Assembly (NCBI GenBank): GCA_051294375.1
Contig: CM119266.1
Span: forward strand, 21,404,305-21,468,304
Direction: 5' to 3'
Length of the DNA stretch: 64,000 bases
Source of the DNA: Paraspadella gotoi
Taxonomy: Eukaryota > Animalia > Chaetognatha
The notes under the pieces are model-generated. The model had not been told where the DNA came from, made no database searches, and saw only the letters and a list, made by a program, of their open reading frames with translations. Of the stretch, positions 39,402-54,281 are shown piece after piece. The position numbers and the translations under genes were made by a program. Position 1 is the first letter of the stretch, and the number at the start of each line of letters is the position of its first letter.

Positions 39402-40460
39402 AATCCGCTTATGGATTTGACTCAGTTCCGAGACTCGTTAATCTGCTCCAATTTGAAAGGAGGCGTGGCGGCCGAAAGTAAATGCGACGGGGATCGAGGA
39501 AGACGACGACGACGACGGCAACGATTTCCGGCGCCGGAAATGGATGACGGCGACGACGCCTCCTCTTTAGAAGTCGAGTTTGGAACGACGCCGGGTTTTC
39601 GACTTCGAGGACGACAACAACGACAACGACGAGGACGACGGCCAGTCAGCGCCAAGGCCGACGCAGATAAAACAGCGGGAAGCGAAAGATGTTGCGGAGG
39701 AAATCAGCGTGAATGCGAAATCGGAAGAAAAATCGAAAGCGGAAGCGAAAGCGGAATCCAAACCTTGAGAAGAGAGATGAAGCTCATCGGAGGTAAAAGC
39801 GAAATCGCCGTGGAAAGAATCGGATATGACGCCGCTTCTATCGGCGCCGTATTTCATCGCGCCGACGCCGCCGAAAACGGCTCTATCGACAACGACGCCG
39901 GAGTCAAAGGTGGCGCAGACTTTCGCGCCGACGCCGACGCCGTAACCGCCGCCGCGGCCCCCGCCACGGAAAGCGGGATCGAATCAAAGGCGTTGCCGCG
40001 ACTAAGACGACGACGAAGACGAAAACCGCGGGATGTTCTTTTGTTCGATGACGCCAACGACGACGACCATAACGACGACGAGGGAACAACGCCATCTTGT
40101 GTCGATGGAGGAAAAGTTGACGCTAATGGGATTTTGGGAAGCGGCGTTCACCTCGGATCCGAACCCGGACCGCGTTTTACCCTTTTTTCCTCCGAGCCCT
40201 CTCTTTCCTCCTTCTCTTCCTCCTCCTCCTCCTCCCCCTCCTACTCCACCCACCTCTCCCTCCCCCTTCGCCTCTCGAACGTGAACCAACTCCGTGATGA
40301 GGTTCCGTCTCCTCGTCACGCCCTCTTTTGTAACGATGCAAATCTCCTTGACAACCGAGTAAAATCCCGTTGCTATGGAAGACGAAAATTTGTTGGTCGC
40401 GGAGGAAACACGAAGCGTTGCCACGGAAACGAAGGCGTCTGGGGAAGGAGCTGGGACGAA

Positions 40461-40498
<38 letters not shown>

Positions 40499-40813
40499 AA
40501 TTGGCGAAAAAAGGCGAAGCGAGAAGACGGCGATTACGTGGGAAAAACCACTTCCGGTGGAAGGCGATGGGAAAGCGTCTAATCTCTTTTCCGGGGCGGG
40601 ACGGGAAGAAGGCGCGATTACAAAGACGTCGAGAAAGGCGGCGACGACAACAACGACGATGATGATGAGGAAAAAGACAACAAAGATGCCAAAAACGACG
40701 ACGACAACGACGACGACTGCCAACTCCCATTTTCTCGAATCCAAAAAAATCGGTTTTTCAAAGACGATTCTCTCCTCGATGGGCAGAGCCGCGTTGGCGG
40801 TTCTCTTTCTCGG
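39234..40813 (+). CDS. Large low-complexity exon of an unknown protein ending in a hydrophobic segment
   Basis: 527-codon open frame in CpG-rich DNA with R, D, S and T tracts. It ends ...GRAALAVLFLG at a strong donor GG|GTGAGT (40813/40814), just before a 592-N gap. The true start may be the ATG at 39411 or later. Confidence 0.5.
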
Positions 40814-42137
40814 GTGAGTTTTACTTAGTTTTTAGTAGTTTTTTTTTGGCCGTCTTGGTTGTTTCATTTTTTTAAAATGTTTTTGTGAGGTAGTAGATAT
40901 GTTCCTTCGTGTGTCTCTCTTCTCTCTCTCTCCTCTTCTCTCTCTCTCTCTCTCTCNNNNNNNNNNNNNNNNNNNNNNNNNNNNNNNNNNNNNNNNNNNN
41001 NNNNNNNNNNNNNNNNNNNNNNNNNNNNNNNNNNNNNNNNNNNNNNNNNNNNNNNNNNNNNNNNNNNNNNNNNNNNNNNNNNNNNNNNNNNNNNNNNNNN
41101 NNNNNNNNNNNNNNNNNNNNNNNNNNNNNNNNNNNNNNNNNNNNNNNNNNNNNNNNNNNNNNNNNNNNNNNNNNNNNNNNNNNNNNNNNNNNNNNNNNNN
41201 NNNNNNNNNNNNNNNNNNNNNNNNNNNNNNNNNNNNNNNNNNNNNNNNNNNNNNNNNNNNNNNNNNNNNNNNNNNNNNNNNNNNNNNNNNNNNNNNNNNN
41301 NNNNNNNNNNNNNNNNNNNNNNNNNNNNNNNNNNNNNNNNNNNNNNNNNNNNNNNNNNNNNNNNNNNNNNNNNNNNNNNNNNNNNNNNNNNNNNNNNNNN
41401 NNNNNNNNNNNNNNNNNNNNNNNNNNNNNNNNNNNNNNNNNNNNNNNNNNNNNNNNNNNNNNNNNNNNNNNNNNNNNNNNNNNNNNNNNNNNNNNNNNNN
41501 NNNNNNNNNNNNNNNNNNNNNNNNNNNNNNNNNNNNNNNNNNNNNNNNCAAGTCTCTTACTTAATAGGATCGGAATTCTCTTTAACCTTTCCCTACTTTT
41601 AATCATGAGCCACTTTTCTCCGGCGTCACGAGCCTCGTTTTTCGATTGAAGAATTCTCTTTGATCTGAGCCGCGGAATCCGCTCTTGATCCTGACAATTG
41701 TTACCATGGTTACCATTTTCTGGAAATCCTTGCAGTTCCCCCAAGGACATCAATCTCGCTGGGTTTTTTTTTTATTCCTGGATTCCTTGGAATTTCATTG
41801 TTTCAGAGAAACCATTTCTGATTCTACGTATTCAACTTAGTATAATTCTTTACATTTTCTTCTTGTCTCGTTAGACGTAAACGTTTCAAGATAAGTCTAT
41901 AACAACTCCTTCCCTTCTGGCCCCAGTCACAATCAGCCTCTCTCCCTCTCCAACTCAATACCATCATCTTTTTTGCAAATTCCATTGCCATCAACACCCC
42001 GCTCGCAAGACCGCGCATCTTTGCCCTCATTTTCTCCGCCGAATCAAAAATTCTTGTATTCATGGAAAACATTTTCCTCATTTTTCATATTCCGCCTCTT
42101 TATCTCTTTCTCTCTCCCTTACCCACCTCTCATTTTA

Positions 42138-42175
<38 letters not shown>

Positions 42176-42576
42176 NNNNNNNNNNNNNNNNNNNNNNNNN
42201 NNNNNNNNNNNNNNNNNNNNNNNNNNNNNNNNNNNNNNNNNNNNNNNNNNNNNNNNNNNNNNNNNNNNNNNNNNNNNNNNNNNNTCCTCTCTATCATATC
42301 CTTTCCTTTCTTTTTTTTTCTCTCCTTCTCTCTCTCTCCTTTTCTTTCTATTTACATCCTTTTCTGTGCTCCTTAAATTCTTCCCTAATTTCGTCTTTTA
42401 CTAAAAAAGAGGAATTGTTTCCTTTTATTTTCTCGGAGTCTCTTTCTCTTTTTTCTTTCGCTCTCTCTCTCTCTCCATCTCCCTCTCACACTGTGTTCGG
42501 CGTCACAACAGGTCCCCGCGGATAATAAAAGAATTCTTTCATTCCTAATTTTTTGTTCTCTCTCTCTCTCACTCTC

Positions 42577-43090
<514 letters not shown>

Positions 43091-43269
43091 ATTCAAGGAA
43101 TGAGGAAGGCGCCAGACTTAAGCGCGAGTAATTGATGGATTTCACGCGCTTTTATTCATTTCACTTTTATTTTTCGGCTTTTCTCATTTTTCTTCGATCG
43201 CTTCGTCGCCAACGGAACAAAAAATTAAGTCAAATGGTAGATCTACTTGCGGATCGACGCGGATCGAAA

Positions 43270-45030
43270 ATAGAAAAACCCGAAAATAAAATCATAAAAA
43301 TAAAAAGAAAAAAACACGACAAATATCGCGAGACAAAAAAAAAAGATTGAAGGTGAAAAAAAAGAAGCAGAAAACCAGAAAAAAAAAATTCGTCTGCTTT
43401 TCTAATGACCCTCGGGAAATATGAACGTCAAAACGTGACGCAATTTGCGGGACACTTTGTCATTCTCTTCGACCGGCGAGAGACGGACCCTCTCTCCGCC
43501 TTTGGAGAGGCTCACTTGTCTTGCGAGGTCTCATCAGCGCCATCTCTTCTTTTAAAAGGAACAATCATTTTCGCGTTTCTCGTAATAACTTACCTTATCA
43601 ATCAGGTCGTTGAGCTTGCTTGCTTGCTGTAACTAATCTTCCAATCCTATTTTTATTTATTTTTTCAGCCTTCATCGCATCCGCGTTTCCATGATTCCAT
43701 CTGTCTTCCCCGGTTCTTCTTTCATCCATCCATGGATCAGTTCATTCTTTAATCAATCAATCAATTCATCCATCCATCCCTCCGTCCGTCCGTCCGTCCG
43801 TCCGTCCATCCATCCATCCATCCATACATCCATCCATCCATCCATCTCTTTACCTTTACAGATTATTTTCATCAAACCCGCTTTTCTCCAGTTTAGATTA
43901 TTGCTACTCGTTAAAGAAATGGCACTTAGTTTGATCGCTCCGAAAAAATCTCCTGCTGTAGAGAGAGATGTATTTCTTAACGTTTCACATTTATGGCTCT
44001 GGCTAGAAAAAGATGGAAGGTAGCTGATATCCCCGTTGGCCGTTTTGAAAAACTCGCATCTTCGATGACGTCGAAACCAGAAAGGATTAAGTTGTCCGCG
44101 TAGACGAACACAAATGTCTGGTAAAAAAAATGACGATACCGTTAGTCCTCACCTTTGGCCCCGAGACTGAACTCTAGTTTCACCAACCAAACGAACCGAA
44201 CCTAGTTCCAACCCGATATGGTGGACTTTTCGTCGACTCACCCATTAAACTAACCTACCTTTAACCCACCCCTATCCCCCCCCACTCTTTTCTCCAACCA
44301 CCTCGTTTTCCCTTTTTTTTTCCAAACGTCGGACGATTTTATCTCAGCGAAAAATAAATATTTCCGGTTTTGTCCTCATAAAGTTTCTTCCTGAAAAAGT
44401 TATTGCGTCGCCGGGCGCCCATTTTTTTCCTTTTTTTTTTTCTTCTTTTTTTCTTTTTTTATTTCCCCGTTGCAAAAACTGAGGGCCTGTACCTCGAAAC
44501 GAAACGAAACGAAAAGGAAACAAAAAGGAAAGAAAAACAGATGACGTCTAAAATGGAAATAAAAAAAAAGACGGTTTTTTTTCCTGAGTTATAACAGAGT
44601 GTTTTTTTTTTCAAGCGATTGTGCTGGACCTTTTTAACAATAAACAAGAATTTTTTTTATAATTTGTGATTATAAATTATTTAATTCAGAAAGAAGAGAA
44701 ACATAAGTAACCTTTATTTAAAAATAATTGTAGTGACTGTAAATTTTTAAATATCAAAAGTATCGAAGAGTCTTCATAATTAGTCACTCTCTCCCTCAAT
44801 GAGTCTATCGTATGAACATTGAACAATTATTCAATGTACATTGTACGTATATTATACTGATAGTACGTCGTATAACTCGTTAAATAATCTTCGTATCACT
44901 GAAAATTCACAATATCCGGCGGACCCTCATCATGGGCTCACGATTTGACTCTTGATTCACTCGGATCCAAACCTTTTTAACTACTATCTGGTCTGAAGTC
45001 GCACAAATTATAGTCTCCGTCGGGTCGCGT

Positions 45031-45105
<75 letters not shown>

Positions 45106-45226
45106 TTTCTCTCTCTTTTCCTCCCCTCTCTTTCTCTCATTATCCCAAACGAGGCTCCAGACACGTAAACAATTTTCCTTCCTTTTTTCTTAATTTTTCC
45201 CTTTCAACCGACCAGGATTAGGGGAG

Positions 45227-45315
<89 letters not shown>

Positions 45316-46477
45316 CGCTTCGTCTTTCGTCGCTCTCACGCTCATTTTGACTTTCGAGATGGTTTATTGCCGGTTCGTTGGCTCTCTTCGCAGTACAGCC
45401 TCCTCGCGGTTCTGATTCCAAAATGTACAACATTCCTGCCATTTTTCGACTTGAAAATTAAAATTTTATTCATTCTCTTTACGTCAGTTTTTGTAAATTT
45501 TATTACAATGTGTCAACTAAATAGTTTGGACGTTTCCCTGTCACTTTCACAATCCACATTCTCCTTCGATTCCAACTTCCTTATCTTACAATCCAATTGT
45601 CTTCCCAAAGTTGTTAACCTCATAAACGCCCCCCGCCCCCTTTAGATCCGCCCTCCCTTCCCACCCCCCTACCTTCCCCCCACCGCCTCCCCATTAAAAA
45701 AAATCTCTCTCTCAAAAAAAAAAGGATTCTCGATTTTTAAAAGTAATTTACATTTTAATGTTTTAAGTGGGAAACGTCGTCGTCGTCGTCGTTATCGTCG
45801 TCATTGTCGTCGCGGAATTTGTCGAGAGATCGTTTTCTTTCGATTCATGTTGAATAATCGAAATTAAATCATCGGCCATCATCGTTAGTAATTTCATTTT
45901 TTTAATCGTCTTTTCAGAAAAATAATGACAAAAAAAAACTGTTTAACTAGGACTTCAATACGTACAATTAAATATTTTTTAAAAATTTCGTGTGAGGAAA
46001 AAAAATTGTAGTGTAAACAACTAAACTAGTCTCTCAGATGGGTATATGACTATTAGAAAATATAGTTAGGCTTTTATGTATTTATGTAAATATTTTATCC
46101 CGTATGTATGCTATGTACACTTTTTCCGTCTACGTAAAGGGGGAAAAAAAACACATTTCCACAATTTTTTCAGCAAAACATTTTTTAAATGCATGAAGTT
46201 TTTAACCGTAAACTGGTTCATTACCTGAGGTTCTTGTCAGACAAGGTCGGCGACGACGATGGCGACGAAAACGACGACGACGATGAAAATGACGACGACG
46301 ACGACGACGACGAAAACTTCAAAAACTAATAACCGAATGCAAACGCGACCACGAAGGCCTTGGAACTTTGCACGCGGAAGCAAACAAGACCCATGAGCTG
46401 GATCGAAGGAAGGAAGGAAAAGAAGCTTGGAAGAGAAATCGGGTGAGAGAGAGAGAGAGGAGAGAAGAAGAGAGGAG

Positions 46478-46511
<34 letters not shown>

Positions 46512-46646
46512 AGAGAGAGAGAGAGAGAGAGAGAGAGAAGAAAGCTTAAAAGGGGAAACTGAAAGAGACAGAGACTGAGAAGGGATTGAATCTGCGAATG
46601 AGAATGAAGGAAGTGAGACTTAATTTTTTTCTCACTTCCGGCCGCC

Positions 46647-46709
<63 letters not shown>

Positions 46710-48472
46710 CTCTCTCTCTCTCTATCTCGCCACGAAAGGATCTTAGACTTTGGCAATCCAATTTCCATTTAATCAAAGTTTGATTGCGAGAAAGTCCCGA
46801 TGACAATGGCAGCGGCTGCAGGAGAAAAGCCGCCATTGGCGAAACTCAATTACGAAACAAGCGCGACCCGCGGAAAATTGTTATTTCCGGTTTTCGAAAC
46901 TGAAAAACAAAAAAAAGGGACACCGCTGGAATGGATCTTAAAATCGATCTGTTTCTTTCAGAAAACAATTAAAACGTGAAGGCAAAGGATTTCATCGACG
47001 TTTGGCTCTTTTTTTATATTATAGAGAATAAATATTTAGCGCTTTGATGCATACATTCTCTGTCGTAATAGTAGTCTGTAACAGTCTACAGTGTTAATAA
47101 TAAAAGTTGGTGTTACTATTAAGAAAAGACATTAAATCGAAAAGTTAATTTCGTAACCCACTAATCGACCATAAGTAAGTATAAACCTCCTTGCTTTTAA
47201 GCACGATTCAAGTATGACGACGTCGACCGGTCGACTCAGTTTCTCTCAATCGATCGAATCTCTTCTCCGCTGGATTTAACTTCCCGCTTCTCATTTCACA
47301 AGGAAATTTCTGACCACGTAGGAAGGGAAAGCGGGGTGGAATGGGGTGGTGGAAGGAGTGGCTAGCGGACGGGGTGTCGAGGGGGTGGGAAGCGTCAGCG
47401 CTTGATTTATGGTTGGGACGCGATTCTCGGCTTCGAAGTCGAAGAAGGAAAGTAATTTCAAAGATTTCGCCGCGGAGAGAGAAAGCGGTGGGTGGGTGGG
47501 TCTGGAGTAGAATCTGGGTGAGGAACGAGCGGGTGAATGCGCGTGAGAAAGAGATTGAATGCTGAATGATGAATGCTGAATACTGAATACATTCATTTCG
47601 TAATATACTACTTACGTCTCTTATTCTTATTTTCTCTTCTTTTTTTTCATTCTTAGACTTATAGCCGTAATTATTTTTTTATTCTTCGATATTTTCTTTT
47701 CTTTATTCATTTTTTTTCTCCTCATTCTTATAGATTTTTTTTTGCTCTCAGATCTTTCTAATTATCACTTTCTTCCATTTCCATTTTCTTTAATTCCTTC
47801 CTCCCTTCTTCCCTTCCTCTCTTCCTCCCTTCCTCTCTTCCTCCGTTCTTCCCTTCCTCCTTTCCTCCCTTCTCTCTTCCTCCTTTCTCTTTCTTCCCTT
47901 CCTCCCTTCCTCTCTTCCTCCTTTCCTCTCTTTACTTCCCTTTCCCCTCCTCCGTTCTTCCCTTCCTCCCTTCCTCGCTTCCTCGCTTCCTCCCTCCTCC
48001 CTTCTCCCTTCATTCGCCTTCCACCGTTCTTCCCTATTCTCGTTCCAAATCTCATCCATTCTTCGCCAAAGGAAATTTTATTCAAAAAAAAAATAACAAA
48101 AAAAACTGAGACCGGCGTCGACGCCGAAAATGAAAATGACGCCGCATCGATGCAAATTCGGCTTCTGGCTTCTGACGTCGCCGCACCGCGCTCACATTTA
48201 AAATACTCTTTTTAACTAGGCTCGTAGTGTCGGCACTGTACCCATAATCATTACGATGCTTGCGTCCGTTGGCGTGGAGATACGTCCTCGTTGAAAAGCC
48301 ACCGCCTCCTTTACGTCATCAGTCATACGACATGGGCGCCAACGTCGACGCAACCAAGATGCTCTCCGCGACGATTTTCCAACATTGTCTGCGACATCTA
48401 TGAAATAAATATAAATAAAAAAAAGAGCATCGATGTGAAACCGACTTTAATGAATAAAAAAAAAGGCGTGAA
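43270..48472 (+). repeat. Tandem duplication 2, copy A
   Basis: Colinear with 48473-53693, with a head-to-tail junction at AAAAGGCGTGA|AAATAGAAA. Confidence 0.92.
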
Positions 48473-50265
48473 AATAGAAACCCCTAAAATAAAATCATAA
48501 AAATAAAAAAAAAAAACAACGACACTGACATACGCTCTAGATCAAAAAAAAGCGTAATTGAAGGTTTGAAAAAAATGAACGCAGAAATACTACATGAAAA
48601 AAATAATATTCCTCCTCGCTTCTAATGACCCTCGGGAAATATAACGTCAAAAACGTGACGCAAATTTGCGGGACACTTTTCATTCTCTTCGACCGGCGAG
48701 AGACTGGACCCCTCTCCGCCTTTGAGAGCCTACTTGTCTTGCGAGGTCTCATCAGCCCATCTCTTCTTTTAAAAGGACAATCATTTTCGCGTCTGAAAAC
48801 TACCTATCAATCAGGTCGTTGAGCTTGCTTGCTTGCTGTAACTAATCTTCCAATCCTATTTTTATTTATTTTTTCAGCCTTCATCGCATCGCGTTTCCAT
48901 GATTCCAATCTGTCTTCCCGGTTCTTCTTTCATCCATCCATGGATCATTCATTCTTAATCATCAATCAATGTCATCACCATCCCTCCTCGTCCGTCCGTC
49001 CGTCGTCCGTCCATCCATCCATCCCATCCATACATCCATCCATCCATCCATCTTTTACCTTTACAGATTATTTTCATCAAACCCCTTTTCTCCAGTTTAG
49101 ATTTATTGCTACTCGTTAATAGAAATGCACTTGTTTGATCGCTCCGAAAAAATTCCTGCTGTAGAGAGAGATGTATTTCTTAACGTCACATTTATGGCTC
49201 TGGCTAGAAAAAGATGGAAGGTAGCTGATATCCCGTTGGCCCGTTTTTTTGAAAACTCGCTATCTTCGATGACGTCGAAACCAGAAAAGGATTAAGTTGT
49301 CGCTAGACGAACACAAATGTCTGGCTAAAAAAAATGACGATACCGTTAGTCTCACCATTTGGCCCCGAGACTGAACTCTAGTTTCCCAACCAACGAACCG
49401 AACCTTAGTTCCACCGATATGGGTGGACTTTCGGTCGCTCACCCATTAAACTAACCTACCTTTAACCCACCCCTATCCCCCCCCACTCTTTTTCTCCAAC
49501 CACCTTCGTTTTCCCTTTTTTTTTTCCAAACGCTCGGACCGATTTTATCTCAGCGAAAAATAAAATATTCCGGTTTTGTCCTCATAAGTTTCTTCTCGAA
49601 AAAAGTTATGCGTCGCCGGGCGCCCATTTTTTCCTTTTTTTTTTTCTTCTTTTTTTCTTTTTTATTTCCCCGTTTGCAAAAATGAGGGGCCTGTACCCGA
49701 AACGAAACGAAACGAAAAGGAAACAAAAAGGAAAGAAAAACAGATGACGTCTAAAATGGAAATAAAAAAAAGACGTTTTTTTTCCTGGAGTTAATAACAG
49801 AGTGTTTTTTTTTCAAGCGATTGTGCATGGACCTTTTTAACAAAAACAATAATTTTTTTTATAATTTGTGATTATAAATTATTTTAATTCAGAAGAAGAG
49901 AAACATAAGTAACCTTTATTAAAAAAATGTGTAGTGACTGAATTTTTAAATATCAAAAGTATCGAAGATCTTCATAATTAGTCACTCTCTCCCTCATGAG
50001 TCTATCGTATGAACATTGAACAATTATTCAATGTACAATGTACATTGTACGTATATTATACTGATAGTACGTCGTAGTAACTCGTTAAATAATCTTCGTA
50101 TCACTGAAAATTCACCAATATCCGGCGGACCCTCATCATGGGCTCACGATTTGACTCTTGATTCCTCGGATCAAACCTTTTTAACTACTATCTGGTCTGA
50201 AGTCGCACAAATTAAGTCTCCGTACGGGTCGCGTCTCTTCTCTCTCTCCTCCTCTCTCTCTCTCT

Positions 50266-50312
<47 letters not shown>

Positions 50313-50458
50313 TCTTTTTCTCTCTCTTTTCCTCCCCTCTCTTTCGTCTCATTATCCCAAACGAGGCTCCAGACACGTAAACAATTTTCCTTCCTTTTTT
50401 CTTAAATTTTCCTTCAACCGACCAGGATTAGGGAGCCAGAGAGAGAGAGAAGAGAGAG

Positions 50459-50499
<41 letters not shown>

Positions 50500-51648
50500 G
50501 AGAGAGAGCAGAGAGAGAGAGGGAGGGCGCTTCGTCTTTCGTCCTCTCACGCTCATTTTTGATTTCGAGATGTTTATTGCCGGTTCGTTGGCCTCTCTCG
50601 CAGTACAGCCTCCTCGCGGTTTCTGATTCCAAAATGTACAACATTCCTGCCAAATTTTTTCGACTTGAAAATTAAAATTTTATTCATTCTCTTTACGTCA
50701 GTTTTTGTAATTTTATTACAATTGTCAACTAAATAGTTTGGACGTTTCCCTGTCACTTTCACAATCCACATTCTTCTTCGATTCAACTTCCTTATCTTAC
50801 AATTCCAATTGTCTTCCCAAAGTTTGTTAACCTCAAAACGCCCCGCCCCCTTAGATCCGCCCTCCCTTCCCACCCCCCTACCTTCCCCACCCGCCTCCCC
50901 ATTAAAAAAAATCTCTCTCTCACAAAAAAAAAGGATTCTCGATTTTTAAAAGTATTTGAACATTTTAATGTTTTAAGGTGGAAACGTCGCGTCGTCGTCG
51001 TTATCGTCGTCTTGTCGTCGCGGAATTTGTCGAGAGATCGTTTTCTTTCGATTCATGTTGAATAATCGAAATTAAATCATCGGCGAATCATCGGTTAGTA
51101 ATTTCATTTTTTAATCGTTTTTCAGTAAAAAATAATGACAAAAAAAAACTGATTTAACTAGGACTTCAATACGTACATTAAAATTTTTTTAAAATTCGTG
51201 TGAGAAAAAAAATGTGTGTAAACAACTAAACTAGTCTCTCCAGATGGGTATATGACTATTAGAAAATATAGTTAGGCTTTTTATGTATTTATGTAAGATA
51301 TTTTATCCCGTATGTATGCGTATGTACACTTTTTCCGTCTACGTAAAGGGGGAAAAAAAACACATTTCCACAATTTTTTCAGCAAAACATTTTTTAAATG
51401 CATGAAGTTTTTAACCGTAAACTGGTTCATTACCTGAGTTCTTGTCAAGACAAGTCGGCGACAGACGATGGCGAGAAAACGACGACGACGATGAAAACTG
51501 ACGACGACGACGGACGACGACGAAAACTTTCAAAAACTAAAACCGATGCAAACGCGAACCACGAAGGCCTGGAACTTTTGCACGCGGAAGCAAACAAAGA
51601 CCATGATGCTGGAATCGAAAGGAAGGAAAAGAAGTTGGGAGAAAATCG

Positions 51649-51684
<36 letters not shown>

Positions 51685-51686
51685 AG

Positions 51687-51737
<51 letters not shown>

Positions 51738-51871
51738 GAGAGAGAAGAAAGCTTAAAAAGGGGAAACGTGAAAGGAGACAGAGACTGAGAAGGAGTTTGA
51801 ATCTGCGATGAGAATGAAGGAAGTGAGACTTAATTTTTTTCTCACTTCCGCGACCGCCCCCCTCTCCCTTC

Positions 51872-51906
<35 letters not shown>

Positions 51907-53693
51907 CTCTTCTTCTCTCTCTCTCTCTTCTCGCACGAAAGGATCTTAGACTTGGCCAAATCCAATTTCCATTTTAATCAAAGTTTGATTTGCGAGAAAG
52001 TCCCAGATGAGCAATGGCAGCGGCTGCAGGAGAAAGCCGCCATTGGCGAAACTCAATTACGAAACAAGCGCGACCCGCGGAAAATTGTTATTTCCGGTTT
52101 TCGAAACTGAAAAACAAAAAAAAGGGACACCGCTGGAATGGATTCTTAAAATCGATCTGTTTCTTTCAGAAAACAATTAAAACGTGAAGGCAAGAAGGAT
52201 TCATTCGACCGTTTGGCTCTTTTTTTAATTAATATAGAATAAATATTTAGCGCTTTGATGTATACATTCTCTGTCGTAATAGTAGTCTGTAACAGTCTAC
52301 AGTGTTAATAATTAAAAGTTGGTGTTACTATTAAGAAAAGACATTAAATCGAAAAGTTATTTCGGTAACCCACTATATCGACCATAAGTAAGTATAAACC
52401 TCTTGCTTTAAGCACGATTCAAGTAGACTCTTCAACGCTCCCACGACGTCGACCGGTCGACTCAGTTTTCTCTCAATCGATCGAATCTCTTCTCCGCTGG
52501 ATTTAACTTCCGCTTCTCATTTCACAAGGAAATTTCTGACCACGTAGGAAGGGAAAGGGGGTGGAATGGGGTGGTGAAGGAGTGGTCTACGACGGGGTGT
52601 CGAGGGGGTGGGAAGCGTCAGCGCTTGATTTATGGTTGGGACGCGATCTCGGCTTGAAGTCGTAGAAGGAAAGTAATTTCAAAGATTCCGCGCGGAGAGA
52701 GAAAGCGAGTGGGTGGGTGGGTCTGGGGTAGAATCTGGTGAGGAACGAGCGAGTGAATGCCGTGAGAAAGAGATTGAATGCGTGAATGATGAAGTTGCTG
52801 AATACTGAATACATTCATTCGTAATATACTACTTACTACGTCTCTTATTCTTATTTTCTTTCTTCTTTTTTTTCATTCTTAGACTTATAGCCGTAATTAT
52901 TTTTTTTTCTTCGATATTTTCTTTTCTTTAATTCATTTTTTTTTCTCCTCTTCTTATAGATTTTTTTTTCTCTCAGATCTTTCTAATTATCACTTTCTCC
53001 ATTTTCCATTGTCTTTAATTCCTTCTCCTCTCTCCTCTCTTCCTCTTCCTCCTTCCTGGCTCTTCCTCCGTTCTTCCCTTCCTAAACTCCTCTTCCTCCC
53101 TTCTCTCTTCCTCCTTCTCTCTTTTCCTTCCCCTTCCTCCCTTCCTTCCTCTTCCTCCTTTCCTCTCTTTGCTCTTCTCCCCTTCTCGTTCTTCCCTTCC
53201 TCCCTTCCTCGCTTCCTCGCTTCCTCCCTTTCCTCCCTTCCTTCCTCCTTCCACCGTTCTTCCCTATTCTCGTTCCAAATCTCATCCATTCTTCGCCAAA
53301 GGAAATTTTATTCAAAAAAAAAACAAAACTGAGACGGCGTCGACGCCGAAAAATGGAAAATGACGCCGCATCGATGCAAATTCGGCTTCTGGCTTCTGAC
53401 GTCGCCGCACCCGCTCACTTTAAAATACTCTTTTTAACTAGGCTCGTAGTGTCTGGCACTGTAGCCATAATCATTACGATGCTGTGCGTCCGTTGGGTGG
53501 AGATACGTCCTCGTTGAAAAGCCCACCGCTCCTTTACGTCATCAGTCATACGACATGGGGCCAACGTCAACGCAACCAAGATGCTCTCCGCGACGATTTT
53601 CCAACATTGGTCTGCGACATCTATGAATAAATATAAATAAAAAAAAGAGCATCGATGTGAAAACCGACTTTAATGAAAAAAAAAAAGGCGTGA
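48473..53693 (+). repeat. Tandem duplication 2, copy B (probable assembly artefact)
   Basis: Indel-dominated copy that runs into (GA)n and a 25-N gap at 53770-53794. Confidence 0.92.
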
Positions 53694-53696
53694 GAG

Positions 53697-53769
<73 letters not shown>

Positions 53770-54241
53770 NNNNNNNNNNNNNNNNNNNNNNNNNGAGAGA
53801 GAGAGAGAGAGAGTAGAAAATGGAAAATGAGAATAAGATGAGAACAATACGACGACGGACGGAAGGGAAAAAAAGAGGAAAAAAACGAAAAATAGTTAAT
53901 GAGAAAACGCAGAGAAAAAAAGGCTGGGATGGGAACAAAGGTAGAAAATCAAGGTAAAAAATATGGACGACAACGACAACGACGACGACGACGACGAAGA
54001 GACGCCGAAAGTCTGTGTTTCCTCAAAATTAAAAATAAACACTATTGCTCAGTAATTCTGTTTTACTGTGACGGTTGTCTAGTTTAAAAAACTTTTTTTT
54101 GAAATAAGATTCAAAATGTTAAAAAACAATAAAAACTAAGTTGATGGGGAAATCCAATCTTGATGGGAAAAACAGTTTTTTGATGGAGCAAGCGGCTTTT
54201 ATCTTCGATGGTGGAGTAAAAAAATTCGGAAGAGATCATTT

Positions 54242-54281
<40 letters not shown>

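Noticed and set aside
47765-48085. Glu/Arg/Gly-rich ORFs (also at 52990-53315)
   Set aside because: They come from a polypyrimidine/polypurine low-complexity tract inside the duplicated block, and the frames are not conserved between copies.
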